64,000 bases of DNA, taken from positions 27,091-91,090 of the forward strand of contig JAFGQO010000192.1 in NCBI GenBank assembly GCA_016935615.1, read 5' to 3'. Of the stretch, positions 1 to 7,938 are shown piece after piece; the stretch's first letter is position 1; each line of letters starts with the position of its first letter. The stretch is from Bacteroidales bacterium. GTDB lineage: Bacteria; Bacteroidota; Bacteroidia; Bacteroidales; UBA10428. Position numbers and translations under genes: made by a program. The notes below the pieces were generated by a model. It searched no databases, was not told where the DNA came from, and saw only the letters and a list, made by a program, of their open reading frames with translations.

Positions 1-1
1 A

Positions 2-814
2 ACCAATGTGCGTGTAATCGCCGCAACAAATGTTGATATTCTAAAAGCCATCAGTGAAGGAAAATTTCGCGAAGATCTGTTCTATCGTTTGAATACTGTT
101 CCTATTCATATTCCTTCCTTGCGCGAAAGAAAAGAAGATATTTATCTCCTGTTCAGAAAGTTTGCTGTTGATTTCGCTGAAACCAACAGAATGCCTCCCA
201 TATCATTGACCGAAGATGCCAAACAGATTTTGTTAAATTACAGATGGCCCGGCAATATCAGACAACTTAAAAATATAACCGAACAAATTTCGGTGATAGA
301 GACCAACAGGGAGATTGACACCAATACGATCAGGGGTTACCTACCCGATTATTATGAGAATAAGTTGCCCGCATTGTATGATTCTCCCATTGATCAGAAA
401 ACTTTCAATACCGAACGCGAGATTTTATATAAGATCCTGTTTGATATGAAAAGCGATATGGGGGATCTGAAAAAACTGGTACTTGATCTTATGCAAAAAG
501 GAACAATTGACGATGACCTTCATGAAAACAATGCCAGAATAATTCAAAAGCTTTACCAGGAAGAGTCTCCGGGTTTACATCCCGACGGCATTTCCGATAA
601 GCCAATTGAAATAAAAAAAGAAGAAAATGCAAATATTCAGGATACAGAAGAAATAATCGAGGAATCATTGTCACTTGAAGAAAAAGAGAAAGAGTTGATC
701 CTTAAAGCTTTACAAAAACATAAAGGAAAACGCAAGCATGCTGCGCAAGAATTGGGGATTTCGGAACGAACATTGTATAGAAAAATTAAAGAGTACAGTT
801 TAAATGAAAATTAA
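2..814 (+). CDS. sigma-54-dependent transcriptional activator, C-terminal part (5' end lies outside the window)
   Basis: The frame is open to the window edge and the listed start is only an internal GTG. AAA+ sigma-54 interaction motifs are VRVIAATN, FREDLFYRL and RWPGNIRQL. The C-terminus has a Fis-type HTH (AAQELGISERTLYRKIKEY). Confidence 0.85.
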   Translation, partial: TNVRVIAATNVDILKAISEGKFREDLFYRLNTVPIHIPSLRERKEDIYLLFRKFAVDFAETNRMPPISLTEDAKQILLNYRWPGNIRQLKNITEQISVIETNREIDTNTIRGYLPDYYENKLPALYDSPIDQKTFNTEREILYKILFDMKSDMGDLKKLVLDLMQKGTIDDDLHENNARIIQKLYQEESPGLHPDGISDKPIEIKKEENANIQDTEEIIEESLSLEEKEKELILKALQKHKGKRKHAAQELGISERTLYRKIKEYSLNEN

Positions 815-1322
815 GATGAAACTATATTTTGTATCTCCTCTTCTGATATTCCTTCTGTTTTCAGGTTGTTTCACGATATCATACAGCACAAAAGGAGGGA
901 GTCTCAACCCGAATCTTGAAACAGTTTCAGTACAATATTTTGCAAATCGCGCTACAAGGGTAAATCCAACACTCAGCCAGAAATTCACAGACGGCTTGAA
1001 AGAGTTCCTTGAAAGTAATACCAAACTCAGAGTAGTAAATACAATAGGAGATGTTGATTTTTCCGGAGAAATTAAAAACTACCAGATAAACCTTGAGGCT
1101 GTTGCTGCAGGAGACATTGCAGCAAAAACCCGGTTTACAATTGCCATTCGTGTAAAATATACGAATTCTATTAATCCGGATGACAATTTCGATACAAGCT
1201 TTTCGGCTTTCAGGGTATTTGACAGCTCTCAGAATTTTACATCTGTCGAAGAAGAATTAACGGAAGAAATTATCGATGAGATTCTTGATAAAATATACAA
1301 CAAAGCCTTTGTAAACTGGTAG
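804..1322 (+). CDS. LptE-like LPS-assembly lipoprotein (candidate)
   Basis: Lipoprotein signal with lipobox LFSGC. Size of about 170 aa and the pattern (YS..GGS, VQYFANRA, GDVDFSGEI.NY) resemble Bacteroidota LptE-family proteins. The position next to the sigma-54 activator and secG fits. An alternative ATG at 816 removes the 11-nt overlap with the upstream gene. Confidence 0.55.
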   Translation: MKIKMKLYFVSPLLIFLLFSGCFTISYSTKGGSLNPNLETVSVQYFANRATRVNPTLSQKFTDGLKEFLESNTKLRVVNTIGDVDFSGEIKNYQINLEAVAAGDIAAKTRFTIAIRVKYTNSINPDDNFDTSFSAFRVFDSSQNFTSVEEELTEEIIDEILDKIYNKAFVNW

Positions 1323-1332
1323 ATGATAGATT

Positions 1333-2463
1333 ATGACGTTACCAAATCTAAACAGATACATACGAACTCCGGAGAAACTCGATAAAGAAAGCTTAAAAAC
1401 TTTTGATGAATTGATCGAGAAATACCCTTTTTTTCAAACTGCCAGATTGTTGCATATTAAAAACATTCAAAATGTAACTTCAGAAATTAATAAAAACATT
1501 CTCCATCTGACAGCTACTTATGTTTCAGACAGAAAAATATTGTATTATTTACTCCATAAATTACCAGGCAGTGCGCAAAGCAAAGATTCGGGATCAGTCG
1601 AATTTCAACAACCTGCCGTTGAAAAAGAGATCAAAGATTCACTGAAAGAAAACATATCCAGCACGATCAATGATCAGCTAAACTATTATGAAATGGCTCC
1701 TTCGGCTGAAATTGAACTAATACCGGGATTAGCGATTGATGTTAGAAAAGAATATGGTAATGGCATTCTGTTGGATGATAAAATATACTCTTTAAATAGC
1801 GCCACAAAAAATATTGTTAAAGGAAAAGAATTTTTTGAGCTGTCAAAACAATCTGATGAAATTCCTTCAGAGGAACCAATTGAAGATAAAACTGTCCGGC
1901 AAATCTCTTCATCCGATCTTATCGAATTTCATGAAGACACTTTAGCGAGTTCTGTTGAGGAAGAACCTTTCAAAAAAGATAAGTCAGTTGTTCAGGATTC
2001 TCTTTCTTTTACCTCCTGGCTGGATGCCATTGACAATCAATTAACTCCAACTGCCGAAAATTTCAAGGGCGAAGAACAGGGTTCAATCGAAAAAGATATT
2101 CCCGAACAGGAATTATCAGAAGCTGACACTGCCGAAACTGATGAAAATAATGGTATTTCTGAGGATAATAAAACGGGAACAGCAAAAAGAAATTTACAGG
2201 GATCTCTTATTGATAAATTTATCGAAACCAATCCGAGAATAGTCCCCAGAACAGAAAATATTGCAAACGAGGATATTTCAAAGGCAAGTATTACGGAACA
2301 TGAGAGCTTCTTTACCGATACGCTCGCACAGATATACATCAAACAGGGACATTATGCAAAGGCAATTTTTGCTTACGAGAAATTAAGCTTGAAATATCCG
2401 GAAAAAAGTGCTTACTTTGCAGGTCAAATTTCAAAAATAAAGAAACTGATTAATAACTCATAA
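1333..2463 (+). CDS. hypothetical protein with an acidic low-complexity centre and a C-terminal TPR-like helix pair
   Basis: Long ATG-initiated ORF of 376 aa. The middle is E/D/S-rich. The C-terminus reads LAQIYIKQGHYAKAIFAYEKLSLKYPEKSAYF, which is TPR-like. No recognisable catalytic motif. Confidence 0.6.
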   Translation: MTLPNLNRYIRTPEKLDKESLKTFDELIEKYPFFQTARLLHIKNIQNVTSEINKNILHLTATYVSDRKILYYLLHKLPGSAQSKDSGSVEFQQPAVEKEIKDSLKENISSTINDQLNYYEMAPSAEIELIPGLAIDVRKEYGNGILLDDKIYSLNSATKNIVKGKEFFELSKQSDEIPSEEPIEDKTVRQISSSDLIEFHEDTLASSVEEEPFKKDKSVVQDSLSFTSWLDAIDNQLTPTAENFKGEEQGSIEKDIPEQELSEADTAETDENNGISEDNKTGTAKRNLQGSLIDKFIETNPRIVPRTENIANEDISKASITEHESFFTDTLAQIYIKQGHYAKAIFAYEKLSLKYPEKSAYFAGQISKIKKLINNS

Positions 2464-2474
2464 AAGTATTTGTT

Positions 2475-2807
2475 ATGTTTGGTTTAATCTCTGTGTTAAT
2501 AATCATAGTTTGTGTACTGCTTGTGATGGTTGTGTTGGTGCAAAATTCAAAAGGAGGCGGTTTATCGGCATCATTTGGCGGATCAAACCAGGTAATGGGA
2601 GTTCGCAGAACAACCGATTTTCTTGAGAAAGCAACATGGACACTGGCTTCTATATTATTGGCACTGAGTATACTGGCAAGCTGGGCAATTGAGAAACCCA
2701 CAGAAACAAAATCCCGACTGGAACAACAAATTGAATCGCCTGCTGATTTTGATCAGTCTATGCCTTCAATACCGGCCGGCTTGCCAGATGATGAAGAAAG
2801 TGAATAA
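2475..2807 (+). CDS. secG: preprotein translocase subunit SecG
   Basis: Two TM segments flank the glycine-rich SecG signature LVQNSKGGGLSASFGGS. Length is 110 aa. Confidence 0.85.
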   Translation: MFGLISVLIIIVCVLLVMVVLVQNSKGGGLSASFGGSNQVMGVRRTTDFLEKATWTLASILLALSILASWAIEKPTETKSRLEQQIESPADFDQSMPSIPAGLPDDEESE

Positions 2808-2838
2808 TTTATTTATTATTTCAATACAAAATGTCAGA

Positions 2839-2862
2839 GTGTCAGATTCCTGACACTTTTTT
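2839..2862 (+). terminator. rho-independent terminator after secG
   Basis: Stem gtgtcag / ctgacac (7 bp) with a 4-nt loop, followed by TTTTTT. Confidence 0.6.
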
Positions 2863-3006
2863 GCATTCTGTAACTTTAGCCTTTATAAGATAACGTATTG
2901 AAATTCTATTATTTAGGTAAAATATTATAAATTTCGAAGTGTTTTAAAGATCTCAGAATATGCAATTATGTCTTGGTTATATGACGAAAATTGAAAAATT
3001 ATGAAT

Positions 3007-3022
3007 TGGCATAAAATATGCA
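3007..3022 (+). promoter_or_regulatory. candidate sigma-54 (-24/-12) promoter upstream of groES
   Basis: TGGCATAAAATATGCA has GG and GC at the canonical spacing of TGGCAC-N5-TTGCA. It lies 55 nt upstream of the groES ATG. No good TAnnTTTG box was seen closer to groES. Confidence 0.25.
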
Positions 3023-3076
3023 ATTCGCCAAACAGTATTTTAGTCCGAATGTTTAACTTATAAAATAACTTGGAAA

Positions 3077-3355
3077 ATGTCAGTAGTAAAAATCAAACCT
3101 TTGGCCGACAGGGTACTTGTTGAGCCACAAGCAGCTGAAGAAAAAACGGCCAGTGGTATCATTATTCCTGATTCTGCTAAAGAAAAACCTCAGAAAGGAA
3201 CTGTCATAGCAACAGGACCGGGAACAAAAGATGAAACCATGGAAGTAAAAGTCGGGAACACTGTTCTGTACGGGAAATATTCAGGTACCGAACTCACCGT
3301 TGATGGTAAAGATTATCTTATTATGAGGCAATCTGATATTCTCGCAATAGTGTAA
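3077..3355 (+). CDS. groES: co-chaperonin GroES
   Basis: 92 aa with [10 protein letters not shown]...[17 protein letters not shown]...G, typical Cpn10. Sits directly upstream of groEL. Confidence 0.97.
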   Translation: MSVVKIKPLADRVLVEPQAAEEKTASGIIIPDSAKEKPQKGTVIATGPGTKDETMEVKVGNTVLYGKYSGTELTVDGKDYLIMRQSDILAIV

Positions 3356-3389
3356 TCAGTAAAAATGTAAACAGTAAAAAACAAACAAT

Positions 3390-5021
3390 ATGGCTAAAGA
3401 AATTAAATTTAATATTGAAGCCCGGGATCTGTTAAAAAAGGGAATGGATCAGCTGGCTAATGCAGTAAAAATCACCCTTGGCCCTAAAGGTCGAAACGTA
3501 ATCATGGAGAAAAAATTCGGAGCACCCGGGGTAACAAAAGACGGAGTTACCGTAGCAAAAGAAATTGAACTGGAAAACCATTTTGAAAATATAGGGGCTC
3601 AGCTTGTTAAGGAAGTCGCTTCCAAAACTGCAGATGATGCTGGTGACGGTACTACAACCGCTACTGTTCTGGCTCAGTCTATTGTGGCTGTTGGACTAAA
3701 AAATGTTACCGCAGGAGCAAATCCAATGGATCTGAAACGTGGTATTGATAAAGCTGTTGCCGCTGTTATCAAGAACCTTAAGACTATGTCGCAGGAAGTT
3801 GGTGAAGACAGTGAAAAAATCAAGCAGGTTGCTTCCATTTCAGCCAACAACGATGAGGAAATCGGAAAGCTGATAGCTGAAGCTATGAATAAAGTAAAGA
3901 AAGAAGGAGTAATTACCGTTGAAGAAGCAAAAGGCACTGAAACTACAGTAGAAGTTGTAGAAGGTATGCAATTCGATCGTGGATACATATCTCCCTATTT
4001 TGTGACAGATACAGACAAAATGGAAGCTGTGCTTGAGAACCCGAAAATTCTTCTTCATGACAAAAAGATCTCAACCATGAAGGATCTGCTTCCGGTTTTG
4101 GAACCTGTTGCTCAATCCGGTAGCCCGCTTCTGATCATTGCCGAAGATATTGACGGAGAAGCATTAGCTACATTGGTGGTTAATAAATTGCGCGGATCAT
4201 TAAAGATAGCTGGTGTTAAAGCTCCCGGCTTCGGTGACCGTAGAAAAGAAATGCTTGAAGACATAGCAATTCTGACAGGTGGTGTGGTTATTTCTGAAGA
4301 AAAAGGACTTACCCTTGAAGGTGCTTCAATGGATATGTTAGGAACATGTGAGAAGATAACCATTGACAAGGAAAACACTACCATTGTGAACGGTGCAGGA
4401 GATAAAGCAAACATTAACTCAAGAGTGAAACAGATCAAAACCCAGATAGACGCAACAACTTCTGATTATGATAAAGAAAAACTTCAGGAAAGACTTGCAA
4501 AATTAGCAGGTGGAGTTGCTGTTCTTTATGTTGGTGCTGCATCTGAAGTTGAAATGAAAGAAAAGAAAGATCGCGTAGAAGATGCTTTAAGTTCAACACG
4601 CGCTGCTGTTGAAGAAGGTATTATTCCCGGTGGTGGTGTTGCCTATATCAGGTCATTGCAAACCCTGGATAATCTGAAAGGAAAAAACGAGGATCAGGAT
4701 ACAGGAATTTTAATTGTAAAACGAGCCCTGGAAGAACCTTTGAGACAGATTGTTGAAAATGCAGGCCTTGACGGATCAGTTGTAGTTCAAAAGATCAAAG
4801 AAGGAAAAGACGACTTTGGTTACAATGCCAATGAAGACAAATACGATCATCTGCTGAAAGCAGGAGTTATTGATCCTACTAAAGTTGCCCGTATTGCACT
4901 TGAAAATGCTGCATCTATCGCTGGTATGTTCCTGACTACCGAGTGTGTGGTTGCAGAAATTCCGGAAGAAAATCCACCAATGCCTCCGATGGGTGGAGGA
5001 GGAATGGGTGGCATGATGTAA
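3390..5021 (+). CDS. groL: chaperonin GroEL
   Basis: 543 aa with AKEIKFN...GPKGRNV...[10 protein letters not shown] and a C-terminal GGM-type tail [12 protein letters not shown]. Confidence 0.98.
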   Translation: MAKEIKFNIEARDLLKKGMDQLANAVKITLGPKGRNVIMEKKFGAPGVTKDGVTVAKEIELENHFENIGAQLVKEVASKTADDAGDGTTTATVLAQSIVAVGLKNVTAGANPMDLKRGIDKAVAAVIKNLKTMSQEVGEDSEKIKQVASISANNDEEIGKLIAEAMNKVKKEGVITVEEAKGTETTVEVVEGMQFDRGYISPYFVTDTDKMEAVLENPKILLHDKKISTMKDLLPVLEPVAQSGSPLLIIAEDIDGEALATLVVNKLRGSLKIAGVKAPGFGDRRKEMLEDIAILTGGVVISEEKGLTLEGASMDMLGTCEKITIDKENTTIVNGAGDKANINSRVKQIKTQIDATTSDYDKEKLQERLAKLAGGVAVLYVGAASEVEMKEKKDRVEDALSSTRAAVEEGIIPGGGVAYIRSLQTLDNLKGKNEDQDTGILIVKRALEEPLRQIVENAGLDGSVVVQKIKEGKDDFGYNANEDKYDHLLKAGVIDPTKVARIALENAASIAGMFLTTECVVAEIPEENPPMPPMGGGGMGGMM

Positions 5022-5042
5022 AAACACCAACTTTAATATACA

Positions 5043-5076
5043 ATCCCTTCTTTGGCAACAAGGAAGGGATTTTTTT
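5043..5076 (+). terminator. rho-independent terminator after groEL
   Basis: 11-bp stem atcccttcttt / aaggaagggat (one G.U pair), 6-nt loop, then TTTTTT. Confidence 0.75.
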
Positions 5077-5079
5077 CTA

Positions 5080-5177
5080 TTCGTTATTGGTGAATCGTGA
5101 GTCGTGATCTGTAAGCTGTGAGGTGTAAAACGTAAATCGTGATTGGTAATTGATAATCAGTATTTATTGATCCGTTA
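5080..5177. repeat. degenerate in-phase heptanucleotide array (NNNGTRA)n
   Basis: Reading in 7-mers from 5080 gives ttcgtta ttggtga atcgtga gtcgtga tctgtaa gctgtga ggtgtaa aacgtaa atcgtga ttggtaa ttgataa tcagtat ttattga tccgtta. Ten consecutive units (5087-5156) keep G-T/A-R-A in phase. Confidence 0.7.
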
Positions 5178-5300
5178 TCAACTAATCAACCAATAAATTA
5201 ATCATTTTTAAAATAATAACTGTTCCCCGTCAGGTGATATGAATCTCTTTCATGATGCAAAACTCTTCTTTGTGCCATTTGTTAGATGCCATTCCCGAAA

Positions 5301-5669
5301 TCATTCGTTATCCCTGTTGACAATATCAGGCGAAAATGCCGGAATACAAACTGCAATGTATTCCGCTCCTGCCTTATGTGGAGTGCTGTAACGTACCCAC
5401 TCTCCTTTTCTCACCAATATGGCCTGACCAGTTTTTACCTTACAGGTATTTCCTTTCGTTTCGACCTGAAGTATTCCTTTCAATACGAGTGTGTATTCAT
5501 TAAAATCGGGAGTTTGTGCCGGTTCCTTCCAGCCCCCGGGACTTATCATATAAGCTATACTTATTTCTTCACTTTTAGAATTTACACGTCCGAAATATTC
5601 TCTGATTTCTTTAGGTTTATTACCTGCTGCTTTTACAATGGAAGGAGTCTTAAAAAGTTCAGCCATCAT
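5301..5669 (-). CDS. cupin domain protein
   Basis: 122 aa. The small beta-barrel pattern (EYTLVLKG.L.V...G....V..G..I.V.KGEWV.Y) is typical of cupin_2 proteins. The start overlaps the upstream stop by 4 nt (ATGA). Confidence 0.65.
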   Translation of the reverse strand: MMAELFKTPSIVKAAGNKPKEIREYFGRVNSKSEEISIAYMISPGGWKEPAQTPDFNEYTLVLKGILQVETKGNTCKVKTGQAILVRKGEWVRYSTPHKAGAEYIAVCIPAFSPDIVNRDNE

Positions 5670-7378
5670 TCAATAATAAACTCTAATTCATAATTCTGTG
5701 TATTTCCTAAATGGTCATATGCTGTAATAACCATCTGATTTGTACCTTTAGGCAGATCCTTTATCATACCGGTAAGCTCTTTTGCCGGTCCATTATTCAA
5801 AGTATAATCCATTTTTTTAAATCCGACCACAGCATCGGCTGCTGCCAAGAACAACACAACATGTGCGGGATATACATCCAGTCCATTAATCCTGTTAATT
5901 GATGATGCACCAAAGGTATGTGAGATTTTAGGTCCCGTATTATCCACCTTAAAACCGAATGAATCTGAGCTGGTATTGTCAACATTATCAAAGCCGGTAT
6001 AATCCACAACAGAATATCCTTCATTTTCAACATTGAAGGGTTCGGAATAATCAGAAGGATCAATCCCGTTCAGAGAATATTCAATTCTGTTTAATCCGGA
6101 TTCCGTATCTGCTCCGGTTAATTGCACCAGTGTTTTGTTATTAATAAATAATGTATCGCGCGTTTTAAATTGTGGTCCGCGAAAAGTCCGACTCAATTGA
6201 GGTCCTGTAAGATCAATATAAGGAATTGATGTTTTTTCGTTTGCTATCTGACTGTTTGAACGATTGTTTACATTGTCAACTGCATAGGATAGAATTCGCA
6301 GGACTCCCGATGCCTGAGTGAGAAACACGGGTTTATCATACAATTCATATTCGCCTTCATTTACTGAGTAGCGAATTTCCTTAACTCCCGCTTTGTTATC
6401 GAATGACGTAAGTTTAAGCCTGGTTTTGCCCGAGGAAAATTCCTTGCCGCTTGTGAAAAAACTTTTCCCTATGATTTCCTCAATGATTGTCGGAGGGGTT
6501 TTATCCACATAGAAAGTAAATGTCTGAATCTGTTCCCTATTCCCCACTTTGTCAACAGCATAAAAAGCAATCGTATGTTCATCCTGCGTAAAATTTGTTG
6601 CCCTGATAGGAATTCTGTATTCTATTTCATTTCCACTATCAATACTATACAAAATAGATTTTGTACCGGTACCTTTGTCTTCGCTGTGAAGTATTATTTT
6701 TGAACGTCCTGATATAATGTTTTCGTAACGATCCTTGTCAATTTCAAGTGCAGAAACAGGAGGAGTTCTATCGAAAATGAGGATCTGTTCATGCACTGGT
6801 TCAACATTCCCAACATTGTCAACAGAATAATACTTCAGCGTATATTCTTTTTCCTCATTGATCGGTATTGGCTCTCTGTAAGGTTGATATGCTGCTCCAT
6901 TGATCGAGAATAAAATATTTTCAACACCTGATAATTTATCCTGTGCTGTTAATGTAATGAGCGTACCAGATCCCAAATGCAACTTTCCACTTTCTTCATA
7001 AAGTACTCCTTCACCAAAATCAACCTCTGTGACCGGAGATTCACTATCGGCATAGACTTCAAAAATAATATCACGCTTAGGATACACAACTCTATGTGTT
7101 GCCGTATCAACAGCAGAAGGAGAACGAACTGTGTTGTATCCTTCCGTATCGAAATACATCGGATTGGAATACCTATAAGTTACCTCACTTTCCAAACGAT
7201 ATTTTTCAGATTCGTTATCCGTAGATGTCGACATCCAAATGAATACGGGAAGCTGTTTTTGAATGTACAATCTGCCATCTGATGCAATAAAAGTTTTTTT
7301 TGGGTGGTGAAGCGGTTCTTGCGCAAACAAGGCAACCCCAATACCCATCAAACCAATTACCAGCTTAAGTTTAAACAT
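5666..7378 (-). CDS. secreted protein with five Ig-like (chitobiase C-terminal / OmpL47-type) repeats of about 90 aa
   Basis: Signal peptide MFKLKLVIGLMGIGVALFAQ. The recurring module ends are YYSVDNVGNVE, FYAVDKVGNRE, SYAVDNVNNRS, TGFDNVDNTS and AYDHLGNTQ, each followed by ..D.TPP/TGP. Confidence 0.7.
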   Translation of the reverse strand: MFKLKLVIGLMGIGVALFAQEPLHHPKKTFIASDGRLYIQKQLPVFIWMSTSTDNESEKYRLESEVTYRYSNPMYFDTEGYNTVRSPSAVDTATHRVVYPKRDIIFEVYADSESPVTEVDFGEGVLYEESGKLHLGSGTLITLTAQDKLSGVENILFSINGAAYQPYREPIPINEEKEYTLKYYSVDNVGNVEPVHEQILIFDRTPPVSALEIDKDRYENIISGRSKIILHSEDKGTGTKSILYSIDSGNEIEYRIPIRATNFTQDEHTIAFYAVDKVGNREQIQTFTFYVDKTPPTIIEEIIGKSFFTSGKEFSSGKTRLKLTSFDNKAGVKEIRYSVNEGEYELYDKPVFLTQASGVLRILSYAVDNVNNRSNSQIANEKTSIPYIDLTGPQLSRTFRGPQFKTRDTLFINNKTLVQLTGADTESGLNRIEYSLNGIDPSDYSEPFNVENEGYSVVDYTGFDNVDNTSSDSFGFKVDNTGPKISHTFGASSINRINGLDVYPAHVVLFLAAADAVVGFKKMDYTLNNGPAKELTGMIKDLPKGTNQMVITAYDHLGNTQNYELEFIIE

Positions 7379-7434
7379 AATTCCGAAGTTTTTCTTTGCT
7401 TAAATTAAGAAAAATCCAATAATAGAGAAAGAAA

Positions 7435-7818
7435 TTAATCAGGAACATAACTAATGTACTGAAAATTAAGATTTGTAATTTCAGCATATTCCTGGCCTGC
7501 TTCGCGCATTTCATCATCATCCTGGTAAAAATACCATTCCACAATAATTTTTTTCCCTTTCAGATTGATTCTGGTAAGAATATTAAAAATCTCGTTTATA
7601 GCTCGTTGTGAAGCAGAATTAAAATAGTCTATTTTCACCTTAAACTTTGTTTCTTCGTTCGGATTGGCAACATATTGTTCCAACCATGAAAAAACAGGAG
7701 TATAAAATTCGATCACATCTTCCGGCAGTGACCTGCCATTGATCTGAAATGTTCCTTCTTTTTTATTAAGAATAACTTCGGGAGTATCTTCTGTTCCTGA
7801 AATAATTAATGGATCCAT
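7435..7818 (-). CDS. DUF1987 / SiaC-like partner-switch protein
   Basis: 127 aa. Motifs GTEDTPEV.L....G.F.I.GRSLPEDV..FY.PV..WL..Y and IDYFNSAS....I.IF..L match my recollection of the DUF1987 family. It lies next to a PP2C phosphatase, as in Sia systems. Confidence 0.7.
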   Translation of the reverse strand: MDPLIISGTEDTPEVILNKKEGTFQINGRSLPEDVIEFYTPVFSWLEQYVANPNEETKFKVKIDYFNSASQRAINEIFNILTRINLKGKKIIVEWYFYQDDDEMREAGQEYAEITNLNFQYISYVPD

Positions 7819-7938
7819 AGTATTACAGCTTTTTATCTAATAAAGATAAGTTATATTTTTTGAGTAAAATTTTGATTGTAATGTTATTTTCTATTATCAA
7901 TCTGTCAAATACCAATCCGGTACTCTCATAGGAGTAAA

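Noticed and set aside
2863-3076. CIRCE/HrcA operator upstream of groES
   Set aside because: No TTAGCACTC-N9-GAGTGCTAA-like inverted repeat is present in the spacer.
5286-5693. 135-aa plus-strand ORF overlapping the cupin gene
   Set aside because: It is antisense to a cupin ORF that has recognisable fold motifs and translational coupling to the upstream gene. Its own product is Cys/Phe-rich with no domain signature.
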